Source: an uncultured Candidatus Actinomarina sp. (GTDB taxonomy: Bacteria; Actinomycetota; Acidimicrobiia; Actinomarinales; Actinomarinaceae). From it: a DNA stretch of 64,000 nt. The DNA is taken from contig CACODT010000001.1 in NCBI GenBank assembly GCA_902626065.1, forward strand, positions 221,728 to 285,727, given 5' to 3'. The translations under genes and the position numbers were made by a program. A model generated the notes under the pieces. It searched no databases. It was given only the letters and a program-made list of their open reading frames with translations, and was not told the DNA's origin. How positions within the stretch are numbered: position 1 is the stretch's first letter; every line of letters starts with the position of its first letter. This document shows positions 61,282 to 64,000 of the stretch, one piece after another.

Positions 61282-61671
61282 TTATCTTTTAGTAAATTGC
61301 TCTGCTCTACGGGCTTTCTTAAGTCCGTATTTTTTTCTTTCAACTTTGCGAGCATCTCTAGTAAGTAGGCCTGCTTTTTTTAGTTTTGGTCTAAGTTCTG
61401 GATCAAATTGAATTAAAGCGCGTGAAATACCTAAAGCTACAGCATCAGCTTGAGCAGATAATCCACTTCCGTTGACATTAACTTTTAAATCAAACTTTTT
61501 TTCCATACCAACGACATTGAAAGGTTTATTGATTGTCATTCTCATTGATGGACTTGGAAAATAATTTTCTATTGATTTACCATTAAATTCAAAATTTCCA
61601 TCGCCTTCACTTAACATAACTCTTGCAACAGATGTTTTTCTTCTTCCTGTTCCTAATATTGTTTTACTCAT
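61282..61671 (-). CDS. rpsI: 30S ribosomal protein S9
   Basis: GTGRRKTSVARV...GGGLSAQADA...KKYGLKKARRAEQFTKR. Confidence 0.95.
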   Translation of the reverse strand: MSKTILGTGRRKTSVARVMLSEGDGNFEFNGKSIENYFPSPSMRMTINKPFNVVGMEKKFDLKVNVNGSGLSAQADAVALGISRALIQFDPELRPKLKKAGLLTRDARKVERKKYGLKKARRAEQFTKR

Positions 61672-62126
61672 TACTCGACTACCTTCTTTATATTAAAACT
61701 TAATTCTGAGGGATTTTGGGCACTATGTGGATGGGTATCGTCTCTATATACATATAATTTTTTTAAAATTGATCGTCCAAGTCTATTTTTTGGAAGCATT
61801 CCCCAAACCGCACGTTCTATAATTTTTTCTGGTTTTCTTTTCTTCAAAGAATTAAATGATTCTTCTTTCAAACCACCAGGGTAACCTGAGTGATCATAGT
61901 ACATCTTTTGTTCAGGCTTTTTAGACGTAGCTTGAATTTTCGAGGCATTGATTACAATTACGTAATCTCCGACATCTAAATGAGGAGCAAATTGTGGTTT
62001 GTGCTTTCCTCTAAGTATTTGTGCAATCTCGCTAGCCAATCTGCCAACAGGAAGTCCACTTGCATCAACCAAGTGCCAATTTCTTTCAGATGACTCAACA
62101 CCATCAAATGTCGTTTTTGTACTCAT
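61671..62126 (-). CDS. rplM: 50S ribosomal protein L13
   Basis: [16 protein letters not shown]...GDYVIVINA signature. Confidence 0.95.
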   Translation of the reverse strand: MSTKTTFDGVESSERNWHLVDASGLPVGRLASEIAQILRGKHKPQFAPHLDVGDYVIVINASKIQATSKKPEQKMYYDHSGYPGGLKEESFNSLKKRKPEKIIERAVWGMLPKNRLGRSILKKLYVYRDDTHPHSAQNPSELSFNIKKVVE

Positions 62127-62184
62127 AAAACCTTATAGAATCGTAACGAGATTTAAGTATAAATTGTATTCATATTTATGGAAA

Positions 62185-62910
62185 CTAGTATTTGATTTTC
62201 CATAAATGTAATCCATTGCTTGGAACCATAAATCTATGTCTTTCGTCAGAGGGGCTTACTAATGATTTTTTCAAATCCTCTAATGTTACTTTTGAATCAA
62301 TTACAGCAAGTTGACAACCAACTATACATCTGACCATATTGTGAAGAAAAGAATTTCCCTCTATTGTATATACAAATTTTGAATTTATCTTTGACCATTT
62401 ACTTACTGAAATGGTTCTTATCGGTGTTTGATTAGATCTCAATTTAGAAAAATTTTGAAAATTTTTTTCTCCTAAGAAGATTTTTGAAATATCATTTAGC
62501 TCGTCAATATCTAAATCCTTATTAATGAAATATACAAAATCTTTTGAAAAAGGTATTTCTTTAGATTTATTCAAAATAAAAAATTTATAGATTCTAGATT
62601 TGGCATCAAATCTAGGATTAAAATTTTCATTTACTTTTTTACATTTAATCATTCTTATTTCATCAGTAATTAACGAGTTGAAAGATTGGATAAACTTAGT
62701 ATTTAATTGATAAGGAGATTTAATAGAAATTATTTGAGATTTTGCATGAACACCTGAATCAGTTCTTCCAGAATAACTTAGATCATAATTATCAAGCAGT
62801 TGATCCAATACTTGTTTCATCTCTCCTTGAATTGTTCTATTTTTTGGTTGTATTTGAAAACCATGAAAATTAGTTCCATTGTAAGAAATTTCTAATTTAT
62901 AAGTAGCCAA
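62185..62910 (-). CDS. truA: tRNA pseudouridine(38-40) synthase
   Basis: YNGTNFHGFQIQ...SGRTDSGVHA catalytic Asp motif. Confidence 0.85.
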   Translation of the reverse strand: MATYKLEISYNGTNFHGFQIQPKNRTIQGEMKQVLDQLLDNYDLSYSGRTDSGVHAKSQIISIKSPYQLNTKFIQSFNSLITDEIRMIKCKKVNENFNPRFDAKSRIYKFFILNKSKEIPFSKDFVYFINKDLDIDELNDISKIFLGEKNFQNFSKLRSNQTPIRTISVSKWSKINSKFVYTIEGNSFLHNMVRCIVGCQLAVIDSKVTLEDLKKSLVSPSDERHRFMVPSNGLHLWKIKY

Positions 62911-62911
62911 T

Positions 62912-63466
62912 CTAAATAATGATTTTTAAAGGATCTGATGTCCAAAATAAAACAAAAATAAATATTGCAGAAGCTAATTTTGAGTTTCTTTTATCAACTA
63001 AAAATCCAAGCTCTAGTGACTTTGATATTGTCATGTATATCCAAAAAATAACCAGTAGGATAAATATTTGATTTACCCTTTGATCAAAATTTCCAAACAA
63101 ATTTTGTAATATAAATAGCACTGCTACAAAACCAATCAACCCATGGGAATATCCTGTAATAGTTGCAACACTATTAATATCGATAGCTTCTTTAAATAAT
63201 CTGCTTAGGGAAAACCACATAACCAAACTTGCAAATAACCAAGAGAATGTACCATCCAATATTCCAAAAAAAAGATAATCGATATGGCTTGAAAAGGATC
63301 TATAAAGCAGAGGAAACATCGGTGTATAAACTAGCAAAAGGCTTGCAGTAACAATAAGAAGGGCATTTCCAGTTTCATATCTATCTTGGCTGATTCGTGA
63401 TATCACTTCTGAATCAAATCTTATGAAAAGTTTAAATTGTTTCCAAACGTCTTTAAATGTGTTCAA
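62912..63466 (-). CDS. hypothetical integral membrane protein
   Basis: 184 aa, about 5 TM. It lies between truA and rplQ. Confidence 0.4.
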   Translation of the reverse strand: MNTFKDVWKQFKLFIRFDSEVISRISQDRYETGNALLIVTASLLLVYTPMFPLLYRSFSSHIDYLFFGILDGTFSWLFASLVMWFSLSRLFKEAIDINSVATITGYSHGLIGFVAVLFILQNLFGNFDQRVNQIFILLVIFWIYMTISKSLELGFLVDKRNSKLASAIFIFVLFWTSDPLKIII

Positions 63467-63467
63467 T

Positions 63468-63818
63468 TTATACTAACTCTAAAACTGCGAGTTCGGCCCC
63501 ATCACCTTTTCTATGACTTGTTCTTGTTATTCTCGTATATCCGCCATCTCTATCTTGATATTTTGGACCAATCTCATCGAAAAGTTTTGCTACTACTGCT
63601 TTATTTTGTATAAACTTTAAGACTTGTCTTCTGTCATGAAGAGAGCCTTTTTTAGCCTTTGTAATTACTTTATCCACATAGGGTTTTGTAACTTTTGCTT
63701 TTGTAAGAGTTGTTTCAATTTTTTCGAACTCTATTAGAGAAGCAATTAAATTACTTATAATTTGATCTTCGTGTGAAGAAGACCCTCCAAGCAACTTTCC
63801 TCTTCTAGGTTTAGGCAT
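63468..63818 (-). CDS. rplQ: 50S ribosomal protein L17
   Basis: GRKLGRSSSHRKAM-type N-terminus (PKPRRGKLLGGSSSHEDQI) and YTRITRTSHRKGD. Confidence 0.95.
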   Translation of the reverse strand: MPKPRRGKLLGGSSSHEDQIISNLIASLIEFEKIETTLTKAKVTKPYVDKVITKAKKGSLHDRRQVLKFIQNKAVVAKLFDEIGPKYQDRDGGYTRITRTSHRKGDGAELAVLELV

Positions 63819-64000
63819 CTGAATTATCGTCCAAATTCAAATCAGAGCTTGTAGGTAAACTTAGACCAAGTTCATCTAACTTTGCTACGAGTTCGTCTAA
63901 GCTTTTTTGTCCAAAATTAGTAAGGTTTAGTAAGTCGTCTTCTGTATATTCCAAAATTTGACCAACAGTTGTTATATTTTCTCTACCTAAACAATTTCTT
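63811..64000 (-). CDS. rpoA: DNA-directed RNA polymerase subunit alpha, C-terminal fragment (partial)
   Basis: The minus frame reads ...RNCLGRENITTVGQILEYTEDDLLNLTNFGQKSLDELVAKLDELGLSL...LDDNSDA*, an alpha-CTD helix-hairpin-helix. Its stop overlaps the rplQ start by 8 nt. Confidence 0.85.
   Translation of the reverse strand, partial: RNCLGRENITTVGQILEYTEDDLLNLTNFGQKSLDELVAKLDELGLSLPTSSDLNLDDNSDA

Noticed and set aside
61275-61355. 27-aa N-terminal extension of glmM overlapping rpsI
   Set aside because: GlmM orthologues start MKKYFGTDGIRG. The TTG at 61274 gives exactly that and avoids a 74-nt overlap.

Overview
This is a densely packed, AT-rich (about 30% GC by eye) chromosomal segment with almost no non-coding space. 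The WhiB regulator, the UPF0182 membrane protein, the PDZ-Lon protease, the tsaD-rimI-tsaB-tsaE-alr block and the rpoA-rplQ-truA-rplM-rpsI-glmM-glmS block point to a streamlined, low-GC actinobacterium, possibly of the marine Actinomarina type. Most of the window is core metabolism. It holds the TCA genes sdhCDAB, mdh, icd and sucCD. It also holds a single operon carrying the whole shikimate pathway plus Phe/Tyr branch genes (aroH-aroG-tyrA-aroA-aroE-aroC-aroK-aroB-aroQ-pheA), groES-groEL, a liv-type ABC transporter with an embedded acyl-CoA synthetase, pcrA, trpS, plsY, uppP, mrp and one initiator tRNA-Met. The non-routine items are these. (1) A membrane-anchored thioredoxin-fold gene has its catalytic Cys codon replaced by an in-frame TGA, followed by a SECIS-like hairpin, making it a candidate selenoprotein. 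(2) A Tyr/Phe-rich 13-codon leader ORF plus an intrinsic terminator sits immediately upstream of the DAHP synthase gene, suggesting attenuation. (3) A glmS ribozyme lies in the glmS 5' leader. (4) An HSL-family esterase is split by a frameshift in an A8 tract. (5) There is an orphan Cas4/RecB-like nuclease, a translin-like protein, and an ECF Q/O module with a Fur-family regulator but no S component. No CRISPR array, rRNA or obvious mobile element was seen.
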